The notes below the pieces were generated by a model that did no database searches, had not been told where the DNA came from, and was given only the letters and a program-made list of their open reading frames with translations. A program made the position numbers and the translations under genes. Positions 40,224 to 50,795 of a DNA stretch of 64,000 nucleotides are shown one piece after another; the stretch's first letter is position 1; each line of letters starts with the position of its first letter. The DNA lies in NCBI GenBank assembly GCA_963663385.2, contig CAXXXD010000001.1:96001-160000 (forward strand), written 5' to 3'. This stretch comes from Oceanispirochaeta sp. GTDB taxonomy: Bacteria; Spirochaetota; Spirochaetia; DSM-2461.

Positions 40224-41249
40224 TCAATAAGTGAATTTCCCCAGACTTTCCCTGATTATCAATTCGCTGCCTATAAAGACCTTTTCATAGGGCAGTTTCC
40301 CTTCGGCTGTCATGCGTCTGTTCAGGAGCTGAAAAGCTCTTCTCCCGATCCGGACTTTTGATACTTTAATGGACGCCAGAGGCGGATCGGACATACGGCT
40401 GGAGGGCAGATCGTCAAACCCCACAATGGCCATATCATCAGGCAGAACATATCCTTTTTTTTTCAATGCCTTCATACAGCCGAAGGCGATAATATCGCAC
40501 ACACAGAAAAAGGCCGTCGGCATATCCCGTCCCTCATCCAGACACCTCTCCATATCAAAGGACGCCTTCTCATAGGTGGAATCCACAGAGTAGATCCATT
40601 CATCACGGCAGGACAGGCTGTAATACTTAATCGCTTCCAGAAAACTTTTCTCCCTTAACTTGAAGTTCCGTGTTTCCGCCGAGGATTTCACCAATCCTAT
40701 CTTACGGTGTCCCCTCTTTTTCAGTTCAGCGATAATGGAGTAGACAGCGCCATCATTATCCATATCGACAAAATCAAATGGAAAAACCGGATGACTGGCA
40801 TCGATAAAAACAAGGGGGATTGCCAAAGATTCAAACAGAGGGATATCCGTATCATCCAGTTCTGTAGCCAGTATAACCGCACCTTTGGGACGGGACTCCT
40901 CCAGATCCTTTACTATCTGCACCGGATCAAATCCTGAATAATTCTGGACCTCCAGACTGAACCCGTAATCCCTGGCTTCCTTTTCAAGGCCGTCAATATA
41001 ATCGGAGATAAAGACATTATGATTCCGATTAATGATATGCCCGTGCTTGGCAATCTTTAAAAAACGGATTACACCGCCCGTTTTCCTGCTATTTTCGGAT
41101 ACGGGAATCCGATACCCCATGGCATCTGCTGTTTCAAGCACCAGCTGCCGGGTTTCTTCTCCTATTCCCGGTCTGTTATTGAGTACCAGTGATACGGTTG
41201 AAGGGGAGACTCCTGCCTGTCCGGCCACGTCTCTGATTGTGACACCCAT
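40224..41249 (-). CDS. LacI-family transcriptional regulator
   Basis: TIRDVAGQAGVSPSTVSLVLN HTH, IVGFDD; start probably ATG 41249. Confidence 0.92.
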   Translation of the reverse strand: MGVTIRDVAGQAGVSPSTVSLVLNNRPGIGEETRQLVLETADAMGYRIPVSENSRKTGGVIRFLKIAKHGHIINRNHNVFISDYIDGLEKEARDYGFSLEVQNYSGFDPVQIVKDLEESRPKGAVILATELDDTDIPLFESLAIPLVFIDASHPVFPFDFVDMDNDGAVYSIIAELKKRGHRKIGLVKSSAETRNFKLREKSFLEAIKYYSLSCRDEWIYSVDSTYEKASFDMERCLDEGRDMPTAFFCVCDIIAFGCMKALKKKGYVLPDDMAIVGFDDLPSSRMSDPPLASIKVSKVRIGRRAFQLLNRRMTAEGKLPYEKVFIGSELIIRESLGKFTY

Positions 41250-41303
41250 AGAGAGATAGTACCGCCCCAAATAGGATCTGTCAAATTGTTTTCTAAATTC
41301 CAA

Positions 41304-41325
41304 CTAAACAAACCACTTTGTTTAG
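41304..41325. promoter_or_regulatory. Inverted repeat, candidate operator between the LacI and MFS genes
   Basis: CTAAACAAA-CCAC-TTTGTTTAG perfect 9-bp arms. Confidence 0.45.
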
Positions 41326-41495
41326 AATATATTTAATAAAATAACGGCATGATTCGAAGATCCCTGTTTAAGGTAAAATCTCTGACCATCCGGCCTATGA
41401 TTTTAATGACGACACCCTGGAATATGGTTATAAATATTGGCTCGAACTGGTGAAAGACTGTTTATCATAGTCCGGATTAATCCTAAAATGCAGGC

Positions 41496-42668
41496 ATGAC
41501 AGAAAATCGGGCGCATATTGCAGCCTATACAGTTACCTATCTGTTCCTCTTCTCCACACTGGCGGTTGTCTCCCCATTTTACCCGCTGATTCTGCAGCAC
41601 AAGGGCCTGACCCCTTCCCGGATCGGATACGTGATGGGAAGTTACGAGATGTTCAGCATTGCAGGGTTAATGATTTTAGGGCGGTTATTCGACAGATGGC
41701 AGTCCCCCCGGCGAACCATTACCTTAATAGGCCTGGCCTGTATTACGTTCATCTTTCTGGTTACCCGCACGGGCTCCATCCCTCTTGTAATAATTCTGAC
41801 CCTGGGACTTGGATTCCATGTCAAATCACCCACAGCCCTTATGGATGCGCTGTACGGCCAGACCATGAACGATCCGACCAGATCCTACGGCTGGGTGCGC
41901 AGCTTCGGCAGCCTGGGCTTTATTATCACAGCCCTGACCATCCATTTCACAGGAGCGGTACGGGGCAGCCGGCCGGAATCGGTTTTTCTGGTTTACACTC
42001 TGCTGATAGGGATTGCTTTGATAAGCATGAAATGGCTTCCTGTAAACCAGCTTCATAAAACAAGAGAGGACAAACACCTTTCCTTTCTGGATACCATAGG
42101 GACCTTTCCCTCCATTTTCTGGATCGGCTTAAGCATAGCATTTATGAATTCCGTCGGTCAGTCGGGGCATTACACGTTTTTCTCCCTTCTTTTAAAGAAT
42201 AAATTCAATACACCCGGGGTTGGGGTCTACTGGGCTCTGGGCGCCGTTCTGGAAATTCCCCTCTTCCTGTATTCGGGATACCTGCTTAAAAAGCTGTCTT
42301 TAAAGAGGTTATGGCTGATCGGGCTGAGCGCCGGGATTATCAGAATGCAGGTGTACGCCCTGTCGGAGTCGCTGCTTCCCCTGTTTCTGATCCAGATGCT
42401 GCACAGTTTCTGTTTCGGTATCAACCATCTCTGTATGATGACTCTGATTACACAGACCACCTCCCCTTCCAGCAGAGGACTGGCCATGTCGATTTATACG
42501 GCGATCGGTATGGGATTTGCCCTGTTTACCGGAGGAGTTCTGGGTGGATTTATTCTGAACCACAGCGACTTCCGGCACCTTTTCCAGATCATCTCTCTCT
42601 TCCCTTTTATGGGGGTCTGTATCACTTTGTTTTTCCTGAAGGGGCACCGGGAGATTACTTCGGGGTAG
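41496..42668 (+). CDS. MFS transporter (HcaT/nucleoside-permease-like)
   Basis: ~12 TM helices, YGWVRSFGSLGF, LEIP, HSFCFG motifs. Confidence 0.85.
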   Translation: MTENRAHIAAYTVTYLFLFSTLAVVSPFYPLILQHKGLTPSRIGYVMGSYEMFSIAGLMILGRLFDRWQSPRRTITLIGLACITFIFLVTRTGSIPLVIILTLGLGFHVKSPTALMDALYGQTMNDPTRSYGWVRSFGSLGFIITALTIHFTGAVRGSRPESVFLVYTLLIGIALISMKWLPVNQLHKTREDKHLSFLDTIGTFPSIFWIGLSIAFMNSVGQSGHYTFFSLLLKNKFNTPGVGVYWALGAVLEIPLFLYSGYLLKKLSLKRLWLIGLSAGIIRMQVYALSESLLPLFLIQMLHSFCFGINHLCMMTLITQTTSPSSRGLAMSIYTAIGMGFALFTGGVLGGFILNHSDFRHLFQIISLFPFMGVCITLFFLKGHREITSG

Positions 42669-42719
42669 AATGGGTGTAGCTATCTCAACAAGAAATCAAC
42701 TCCGAACAGGCAAATCCCC

Positions 42720-43625
42720 TTACTCAGTCTTACGACGCCCATATCCGCCGGCATTCCCGCTATACCTTTTTTTAAATTCACTGGGAGAGGTATTCAGATA
42801 TCTGCGGAACAATTTATTGAACTGGGAAAGATTCTCAATACCCACCAGACTTGCCGATTCGGTTACCCTGAGGTTCATCTTCAGATAGGTTCCGGCCAGG
42901 TGCATTTTCCGTTCGTTAACGTAGTCGTTTACCGACCGGTTCATGTTTTTATTGAAAAGACGGTACAGGTTGCGTTTCGATGTATTAATACTCTCTGAGA
43001 TCGAATCTGCGGAAATTTTACCTGCCAGATTCTTATCAATATAATCCAGGGCTTTTTCAAAAAGGTCCCCTGCCAGATATTCATGTTTATTACTAGTCTG
43101 TCCGCAAAATATTTCCAGACAGTGAAAAAGGAAATTTTCCACCGCTTTGATATACCAGAAACTGCTGCAATCCCCTTTATTCCCTGCGTATTCTTCAAAA
43201 AAAAGAAAATAGCCGAACAGCTGCCTCTGATCCGCCACCGTGTTTTTATGCTGCTCCAGAAACTGATCAAGGAGCCTCTCTTCATAGCTTACGGAAGTTC
43301 CATTCTTTTTCACACTGATTTCGAACAGGATATAAAAAAGAGTCATGGTATCATTCCTGCCGATATGGATTTCATGATCCTTTCCGGGTTCGGACAGAAA
43401 AAGATCTCCCCCTTTTAGCCGATGCTCCTCATCTTCGTACAGAAAAACACCTTTTCCGTCCAGAACAATGACCAGCTCAAAACAGTCATGATGGTGCATC
43501 TGATTGGAAATCTTCGAATAATCAAACTCATAATATTCGCCGACCCTCACAGAGACAGCGTATTTATTGAGATTTTTCTCCAGCCGGAGATTCGCAATGG
43601 GGCAGGTATCTGTACTGATATCCAT
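42720..43625 (-). CDS. AraC-family transcriptional regulator
   Basis: Cupin HHHDCFE plus C-terminal double HTH. Confidence 0.88.
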   Translation of the reverse strand: MDISTDTCPIANLRLEKNLNKYAVSVRVGEYYEFDYSKISNQMHHHDCFELVIVLDGKGVFLYEDEEHRLKGGDLFLSEPGKDHEIHIGRNDTMTLFYILFEISVKKNGTSVSYEERLLDQFLEQHKNTVADQRQLFGYFLFFEEYAGNKGDCSSFWYIKAVENFLFHCLEIFCGQTSNKHEYLAGDLFEKALDYIDKNLAGKISADSISESINTSKRNLYRLFNKNMNRSVNDYVNERKMHLAGTYLKMNLRVTESASLVGIENLSQFNKLFRRYLNTSPSEFKKRYSGNAGGYGRRKTE

Positions 43626-43750
43626 CCTTCCAATTTATACCCATTTCCAACAATCTGTTCAATATTTATCAACTCTAACTCAATATTTGCAAACAACAAG
43701 GATCCGTTCCCCATCACAATTATAGCAGGTATGACAGAAGGAGAACGAAC

Positions 43751-44809
43751 ATGAATTCAAAAGAACGAGTCTTGAAAGTATTTAACCATGAAATTCCGGA
43801 TAGAGTCCCCGTCTGGTGCGGCATGTCTCCCGAATTTCTGAACAAAGCGAAAAAACACCTCCGTGTTACCGATGACGAAGATGTCTATATCAGATTCCGG
43901 GATGATTTCAGGCGGGTGTACCCGGTGTATATCGGTCCGGCTGAGAGATCCTGGACAGAAGGATTGAGCGCCGGTGCAACCATGAGAACGCCCTTTAATA
44001 TCGAACGGCACGGGTATGGTTACGGACAGCCCCTGTCCCATCCCCTGAAAGACGCAACCATGGAGGACATTGAGAATTACCCATGGCCGGATCCGGAGTG
44101 GTATTCTGCAAAGAACATCGGAAAAGAGGCGGAAAAATGGAACGGGGAATACGCCGTGCTGGGAGGGGACTGGAGCCCCTTCTGGCATGATGCGATGGAT
44201 CTGTTCGGCATGGAAGAGATGTTTGTAAAAATGTATACGGAACCGGAACTGGTCACGGCCGTATTTGACCATATAGTTGATTATTACCGGGGAGTGAATA
44301 AGATAATTTTCGAGGAAGCTTCCGAATATATTGATATACATTTTATGGGAAATGATCTTGGAAGCCAGAACGGCCCCCTGGTCGGGCTCGACCTCTTCTC
44401 CCGCTACATTGCCCCCAGCTTGAAAAGGCTGTCCGATTTGTCCCACAGTTACGGATTGAAAGTGATGATGCACTGCTGCGGCGGCTACGAACCCTTTATC
44501 CCGTCCATGATCGAACACGGACTGGATGCCCTGCAGGCTCTGCAGCCCGATGCGTCAGGGATGGATCCCGAAAATCTCAAGAAGAAGTACGGAAACAGGG
44601 TAATTCTGAACGGCGGCATTGATTCCCATTATGCCTTGATTGAGGGATCGACGGAATCTGTCTGCCGGGCGACAAAAAAGGCTTTGGAGATTTTCAAACC
44701 CGGGGGAAATTACATTTTATCCCCGAGTCATGACTATCTGCTGGAAGAAACGCCCATTGAAAACGTCCTGACCATGTACGATACCGCTTTTGAATTCGGG
44801 GAATACTGA
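43751..44809 (+). CDS. Uroporphyrinogen decarboxylase / MtaA-like methyltransferase family protein
   Basis: MNSKERV...PDRVP start, DLGSQNG, HCCG, GGID, SPSH motifs. Confidence 0.8.
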   Translation: MNSKERVLKVFNHEIPDRVPVWCGMSPEFLNKAKKHLRVTDDEDVYIRFRDDFRRVYPVYIGPAERSWTEGLSAGATMRTPFNIERHGYGYGQPLSHPLKDATMEDIENYPWPDPEWYSAKNIGKEAEKWNGEYAVLGGDWSPFWHDAMDLFGMEEMFVKMYTEPELVTAVFDHIVDYYRGVNKIIFEEASEYIDIHFMGNDLGSQNGPLVGLDLFSRYIAPSLKRLSDLSHSYGLKVMMHCCGGYEPFIPSMIEHGLDALQALQPDASGMDPENLKKKYGNRVILNGGIDSHYALIEGSTESVCRATKKALEIFKPGGNYILSPSHDYLLEETPIENVLTMYDTAFEFGEY

Positions 44810-44818
44810 TAATGGAAT

Positions 44819-44914
44819 AAATCCCTACTTAATCGACCCCGCAACCATCCCCTTGATAATATGCTTCTGCGCCGAAAGAAAGAAGATAATAATCGGGATC
44901 ATGGCCATCAGAAT
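44819..44914. repeat. 96-bp direct repeat, left copy (displaced 3' end of the permease gene 52930-53787)
   Basis: Identical to 52924-53019 except one synonymous mismatch (44885 G vs 52990 A). Confidence 0.95.
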
Positions 44915-45019
44915 AATAGTACGATCTCAAAAAATCTTTTTTTCCAACTGTAACTATAAATTTTGCAGCCTCTACCAGCTCATGAAACATGCTTTTTATA
45001 AATCCGTGTATAATAACAT

Positions 45020-46825
45020 ATGGTCCATCATAAAATGAGATTTCGTTTTTCTATCAAGAAGAAGCTGATTACCATCTACCTGCTAATCTCGATTCTACCT
45101 ATCGCCTTGATTATTTTTATTGAAACCAAGCTGTTTGTTTCTTCCATGGAAAGGAATATCGCCGATACGATTCGGCTGTCCCTGAATCAAAACAAGAAGA
45201 AGCTTGACGGGCAAATCGACAATATTAATAAGCTTATCTTCACCATGGCGACCGATAAGGAGATTCTGGAAATATCCAGAGAGTATAAGCATGATGGCTA
45301 TTCGGCCCTTCTGGGTAACAAAATGGTCAATATCTTTGTTGAATACGGCCATATCAATAAAAATATGATCAGGGCTATCTCTCTGCTGAATCCTTCGGAT
45401 GAAATAAAAGGGTATGATTTTTATTCGGACAGCTCCCTTTTTGACAGTTCTCTTCTCACAGATGAAACCTTGAGAGGGAAATTCAAGAGGCTGGAGGAGT
45501 GCAAATCAATATGTAATCACCCGGTCAGCTTTTTTATCAATTCCCGTCCAACCAATGTTAAATCCCAGGTCTGCGAGCTGGCCTTTCCTGTTCGAAACTT
45601 GCTTACGAAGGAAGTTCTTTCCATATTGTCCTTATACATTAAAATAGATTTCCTGTTCGATATAATCGCTCTGCCGGATAATACAGGCAATAGAATTAAA
45701 ATCAATGAATTTATTATTGACGGAAAAGGGAACCTGATTGCCGGACCGAATGGAGCCAGTGGGAAACTTGATGAATATTATACCTCTATTCGATTTACCA
45801 AGCTTGTGGAAAAAGGTTTGCATGATACAAATCATTATCTGTCAAGTGCGTTGCCTCTGGAATATTATGATTGGTACATTGTCTATATCGTGGACAGAAA
45901 CAGCTACCTCGCGGAAACTAAAGTGCATGTCTTCTGGAGCTTAGTCCTCTTTTTTATTATATCCGGAATTACTCTGCTGGTTATCTTTTCCTTTTCCAAC
46001 TCAATTGTCGGTTCTCTGAATAAAATTATCAAAGGCATGAAAACAGTCCGTGACGGACGCATCTCCACACTGGTCAATCTTCAATCCCGGGATGAGCTGG
46101 CTCTTGTAGAGGTTGCTTTTAATGAAATGACCAGTAATGTGAGTCAATTGATAAGCCAGATTCAACAACAGGGCGCGGATCTGTATGCCCTGTCCGAAAA
46201 GCAGAGGAAATTTGAATTGAGAGCTTTGGAGGCCCAAATTAATCCACACTTTATTTATAATACTCTTGACTGCATCAATTGGATGGCAATAGAGAATGAT
46301 GAGGATGAGATCAGTTTTATGTTGAAGACTCTGGCTGATATCATGCGGTACAGTACCAGTTCTATCGAAACGACCGTAAAGCTCCAAACGGAGATAGACT
46401 ATCTCCATCAATATCTGGCCCTGCAGAGAGTCCGGTTCAATAATAAATTTGATTATGTGATAAATATCGAGGATCAGTTAAAGGACTTTGATATTTATAA
46501 GCTGCTTCTGCAGCCATTTGTAGAAAACTCTGTTTTGCATGGTCTGAACGGACTGGATCGGACTGGCAAGATAGAGATAGGGATTGAGTTCTCCGAAGGG
46601 GATAGAGTGTATTTTTTTATCCGTGACAACGGAATCGGTATGGATTATTCTATACTTCAACCTATTCTGGATCACCTGGATGATGACAACTCGGAATCGG
46701 GAATCGGTGTCAGGAACGCCTATAATCGGTTAAGAATATATTTCGGAAACCGGTTTCATGATTTTCAGATTCAGTCTGAACCGGGTATCGGGACTTCCGT
46801 CTCATTTTGTATAAGTAAGGAATAG
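45020..46825 (+). CDS. Sensor histidine kinase (YesM/LytS type)
   Basis: 2 TM helices, HAMP, ALEAQINPHFIYNTL, LQPFVENSVLHG, DNGIG; start may be 45035. Confidence 0.93.
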   Translation: MVHHKMRFRFSIKKKLITIYLLISILPIALIIFIETKLFVSSMERNIADTIRLSLNQNKKKLDGQIDNINKLIFTMATDKEILEISREYKHDGYSALLGNKMVNIFVEYGHINKNMIRAISLLNPSDEIKGYDFYSDSSLFDSSLLTDETLRGKFKRLEECKSICNHPVSFFINSRPTNVKSQVCELAFPVRNLLTKEVLSILSLYIKIDFLFDIIALPDNTGNRIKINEFIIDGKGNLIAGPNGASGKLDEYYTSIRFTKLVEKGLHDTNHYLSSALPLEYYDWYIVYIVDRNSYLAETKVHVFWSLVLFFIISGITLLVIFSFSNSIVGSLNKIIKGMKTVRDGRISTLVNLQSRDELALVEVAFNEMTSNVSQLISQIQQQGADLYALSEKQRKFELRALEAQINPHFIYNTLDCINWMAIENDEDEISFMLKTLADIMRYSTSSIETTVKLQTEIDYLHQYLALQRVRFNNKFDYVINIEDQLKDFDIYKLLLQPFVENSVLHGLNGLDRTGKIEIGIEFSEGDRVYFFIRDNGIGMDYSILQPILDHLDDDNSESGIGVRNAYNRLRIYFGNRFHDFQIQSEPGIGTSVSFCISKE

Positions 46826-46828
46826 ACA

Positions 46829-47593
46829 GTGCGCATACTTATTGTTGAGGATGAAGACAGAACCCGTCTCGGATTGAAAAAACTGATTGGAAGCATCGAT
46901 GATTCCTTTCAGGTGATCGGAGCAGCCGGGGACGGTCGGGAAGGTAAGAAGCTGATTGAAGAGCTGAAACCCGATGTGGTTATTACAGATATTAAAATGC
47001 CCTATATGAATGGCATTGAAATGATAGAACATTTCAAAGAGGTCGGGTTTCCCTGCCTTTTCGTTCTTTTGACAGGGCATGCTGACTTTGAATATGCTCA
47101 AAGGGCCATTAAGCTCCATGTAGCGGACTACCTGCTCAAACCCCTGACGAAAAAGGATGTGAAGGATCTGTTGAATCGACTGAAGTTGCAGCTGCAACTG
47201 ACTCCTCAGAAGGATATTCCCCATAAGACTGATCATGCGGAAATTGATGAACATGAAGCATATGAAAGCGAATCCGCAGTCGTCCATTATGTTATAGATA
47301 AAATCAGGAATCAGTATCAGGATTACATCTGTCTGGAATCGTTGGCCTCGGATCTTCGTCTCACTCCGGAATATCTCAGCACGCTTCTCCACAAAGAGTT
47401 GGGACAGACATTCAGTTCCTATTTAAAACAGGTCAGGATAGAAAAAGCCAAAGAGCTGCTAAAGCACGGTTCCCTTCTGGTATCGGAAGTGGCGGAAGCT
47501 GTCGGTTATTCAAACAGTCGGTATTTTTGCCGTGTTTTCAAGAAGGAAACGGGGATGACCGCTTCGGAATTCCTGCATTCGCAGCAATCATAG
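46829..47593 (+). CDS. Response regulator with AraC output domain (YesN type)
   Basis: IVEDE, ITDIKMP, DYLLKP, C-terminal AraC HTH. Confidence 0.93.
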   Translation: MRILIVEDEDRTRLGLKKLIGSIDDSFQVIGAAGDGREGKKLIEELKPDVVITDIKMPYMNGIEMIEHFKEVGFPCLFVLLTGHADFEYAQRAIKLHVADYLLKPLTKKDVKDLLNRLKLQLQLTPQKDIPHKTDHAEIDEHEAYESESAVVHYVIDKIRNQYQDYICLESLASDLRLTPEYLSTLLHKELGQTFSSYLKQVRIEKAKELLKHGSLLVSEVAEAVGYSNSRYFCRVFKKETGMTASEFLHSQQS

Positions 47594-47691
47594 AATTGTG
47601 TACATATCTTAAAAAGATGGAATATCCTGTTATGTAAAGCAATAGTAAGATAATTTCATATTCACGATTCAGTGACAAATGGAGGAACAAA

Positions 47692-48939
47692 ATGATTAGA
47701 AAAAAAGGAATTATCCTGCTTGCATTCGTGACATTTTTTACAGGATTCGGATTTGCAGCGGGAAATCAGGAAAACACGGAAGCCGGTACCGCTGCAGGAC
47801 CGGTGGAAATCTCTCTATGGCACTATTTTACAGGTCCCGATGGTACTGTCTTTGAAAAAGTTATGGATCAATACAACAGTTCTCAGGATTCAATCAAAAT
47901 TAACTATGAGATGATTCCCCGGGATGAACTGTTAAAGCAGTATACAATCGGAGTTGTGGGAGGAAATCTTCCGGATATCGGAATGGTTGACAATCCAGAT
48001 CAGGCTTCTTTTATTGAAATGGGCTTGTATAAAGATATAACGGACCTTGTTAATGAATGGGGTGAGAAAGATCAGTATTTTGACGGTCCCATGCTTTCTG
48101 CAATGCAAAACGACAAAGTATACGGTCTTCCCCATAACAGCAATTGCCTTTCTTTCTGGTATGATGTGGATATTCTTGAGGCAGCAGGTGTTCAGCCCCC
48201 TACGACATGGGACGAATTGGAAAAAGTCTGTGCCGCTGTCGCAACCGATGATATGTATGCTCTGGCGATCAGCGCCGTAAAAAACGAAGAAGGAACGTTT
48301 CAGTATCTTCCCTGGCTTCTTTCTGCAGGAGCCGACATCGAATATCTGGACAGCCCCGAATCAATTACGGCCCTAAGCTACCTGACCGGTCTGATTGAAA
48401 AAGGATATATGAGTCCCGAGGTCATCAACTGGACCCAGGCGGATGCGGAGAAGCAGTTTGCCACAGGCAAAGCCGCCATGATGGTAAACGGCCCCTGGAA
48501 TATCACCGCAGTGAAAACCGATGCCCCCGACAAGAACTGGTCCTGCGTGAAAATCCCCATGAAGGTGCAATACTCTTCCGTTCTGGGAGGAGAAAACTTC
48601 GGCATCATTTCAACGATCGACGATGCAAAACTGGATGCGGCCTGGGACGTATTAAAATACATCTGCGACGATACTTCCGAAGAGTTTAATGTCGCCGGCG
48701 GTAAGTTTTCTCCCCGTTCCGATGTTATGTCCGCAAGCGATCACTGGAAGTCTGATCCCATTCTTGCCGTTTTTGCCGAACAGATGCAATATGCCATGCC
48801 TCGGGGACCCCATCCCAAATGGCCCGAAATCTCCAATGCGATCAGCTTGTCCATGCACGAGGCCTTTACCGGAATGAAATCCCCGGAACAGGCTTGCCGG
48901 GATGCTGCCGAGACAGTAAGAAAAGCCCTCGGGAAATAA
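47692..48939 (+). CDS. Carbohydrate ABC substrate-binding protein
   Basis: Signal peptide ...GFAAGNQE, LPDI, PTTWDEL, AMMVNGPW. Confidence 0.92.
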   Translation: MIRKKGIILLAFVTFFTGFGFAAGNQENTEAGTAAGPVEISLWHYFTGPDGTVFEKVMDQYNSSQDSIKINYEMIPRDELLKQYTIGVVGGNLPDIGMVDNPDQASFIEMGLYKDITDLVNEWGEKDQYFDGPMLSAMQNDKVYGLPHNSNCLSFWYDVDILEAAGVQPPTTWDELEKVCAAVATDDMYALAISAVKNEEGTFQYLPWLLSAGADIEYLDSPESITALSYLTGLIEKGYMSPEVINWTQADAEKQFATGKAAMMVNGPWNITAVKTDAPDKNWSCVKIPMKVQYSSVLGGENFGIISTIDDAKLDAAWDVLKYICDDTSEEFNVAGGKFSPRSDVMSASDHWKSDPILAVFAEQMQYAMPRGPHPKWPEISNAISLSMHEAFTGMKSPEQACRDAAETVRKALGK

Positions 48940-49039
48940 AAAGATAATTTGACAATCCCTCTCCTTCTGTATCAGAGGGAGAGTCAGATTCCCATACTTT
49001 TTTTGGATCTAAAGATCCGTACAATCAAAATGAAACACT

Positions 49040-49933
49040 ATGAATAAAATAAAAATTGGCAATAAATACCACGGATATATATTTGTCCTGCCGGCGGCTC
49101 TCTATATGCTGATACTGATCGGGTATCCCATAATCTATAACATACTCCTCAGTTTTCAGGATGTCGATGTGATGACAATTAAAAACAAGACCAGGGAATG
49201 GGCCGGCCTGCTGAATTATAAGGATCTGATAGACAAGGGCATTATTGGCGTTACCATTTCCAATACATTCCGATACACTATCTGGTGTCTGGTTTTTCAG
49301 TTCTCTTTAGGATTCGCTCTGGCCCTGTTTTTTAATTTAAAGTTTAAAATTTCCGGGCCGGTGAAAGGACTTCTGCTGGTCAACTGGATGATGCCACTGA
49401 TCGTGACGGCTATGGTCTTCAAATTCATGCTAAGCCAGGGTAGCGGTGTTCTGAACGATATCCTCCTGTTTTTCGGGTTTATCCATGAACCCATGGGTTG
49501 GCTGGTTGATCAGAAGCTGGCTATGCACGGTCTTATCCTAGCTAACACATGGGTCGGGATTCCCTTTAATATGATTTTGTTAACCACAGGATTAAGCTCC
49601 ATCCCCGAAGAGATTTACGAGAGTGCATCAATTGACGGGGCGGGGTGGCTGAAAAAGTTCTTTCATATCACTCTGCCTCTGCTAAGACCGGCCATTATGT
49701 CGGTTCTCATACTGGGCTTCATCTACACGTTTAAAGTATTCGACCTGGTGTTTGTCATGACAAACGGCGGTCCGGTAAACGCAACGGAAGTACTGTCGAC
49801 ATACGCCTATAAATTATCTTTTAAGGAGTATAACTTCAGCGAAGGGGCTGCTACCGCCAATATACTGTTCCTGTTTCTTGCCGTAGTCGGTTCGTTTTAT
49901 ATGGGAATGATTAAACAGGATGAGGAACTCTGA
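49040..49933 (+). CDS. Carbohydrate ABC permease
   Basis: YESASIDGA, MTNGGPVNATE. Confidence 0.92.
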   Translation: MNKIKIGNKYHGYIFVLPAALYMLILIGYPIIYNILLSFQDVDVMTIKNKTREWAGLLNYKDLIDKGIIGVTISNTFRYTIWCLVFQFSLGFALALFFNLKFKISGPVKGLLLVNWMMPLIVTAMVFKFMLSQGSGVLNDILLFFGFIHEPMGWLVDQKLAMHGLILANTWVGIPFNMILLTTGLSSIPEEIYESASIDGAGWLKKFFHITLPLLRPAIMSVLILGFIYTFKVFDLVFVMTNGGPVNATEVLSTYAYKLSFKEYNFSEGAATANILFLFLAVVGSFYMGMIKQDEEL

Positions 49934-50774
49934 AATGAAGAAAACATACAAAGACTGTCTGCTTTCGACATTAGCCATACTGCTCTGTCTGGTATTTCTG
50001 TTTCCCATTTACTGGATTATTATCAGCTCACTCAAGACCAATGCGGAGATATTTCAAACGCCCCAGACATTCTGGCCCAGGGTTTTGACTTTCAAGAATT
50101 ATATTGACCAATTGCATTTGGGGGACAACTCCATACTATTCCCCCTCAGGAACAGTTTAATTATCAGCCTCGGCGGAATGGTAACTGCTTTGCTGCTTGG
50201 GATTCCCGCGGCATACGGTCTAGTACGCTTTAAAATGAATATCCATTTGAAAAAATCGATAATCTTCACTTTTCTTGTAACTCAGATGCTTCCCGTATCC
50301 CTTGTGTTGACCCCGTTGTTTCTGTTTTATGCAAAGCTGAAACTGTTAAATACCTTATGGGCACCTATGTTGTCCTGCGCAACCTTGGGCATACCCTTTA
50401 TCGTTCTGATTCTGAGACCCTATTTTCTGACCTTTCCCAAAAGTATTGAAGATTCGGCAAGAATCGACGGTTGTTCTCTGCTGGGCGCTTTTGTAAAGAT
50501 CGTTATCCCGGTTACCTCTCCGGGAATTATCACGGCCGCTTCTTTTTCGTTCATTTTTTCCTGGAATGATCTGATTTACTCCATGACTTTTAATTCGGAT
50601 GCTTCCATGAGGCCTCTGACAGCCGGGGTTTATCATTTCATGTCAAAATACGGGACAGAATGGAACAGAATAATGGCATACGGGATGATCCTGGTCTTCC
50701 CTGTACTGATACTGTTCATTCTCTTGCAGCGCTATGTTGTCAGCGGACTAACTGCCGGCGCTGTAAAGAGCTAA
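49920..50774 (+). CDS. Carbohydrate ABC permease
   Basis: EDSARIDGCS, SWND, GLTAGAVK; start may be 49935. Confidence 0.92.
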   Translation: MRNSEMKKTYKDCLLSTLAILLCLVFLFPIYWIIISSLKTNAEIFQTPQTFWPRVLTFKNYIDQLHLGDNSILFPLRNSLIISLGGMVTALLLGIPAAYGLVRFKMNIHLKKSIIFTFLVTQMLPVSLVLTPLFLFYAKLKLLNTLWAPMLSCATLGIPFIVLILRPYFLTFPKSIEDSARIDGCSLLGAFVKIVIPVTSPGIITAASFSFIFSWNDLIYSMTFNSDASMRPLTAGVYHFMSKYGTEWNRIMAYGMILVFPVLILFILLQRYVVSGLTAGAVKS

Positions 50775-50795
50775 TACAACTTAAGGAGACTTTCT

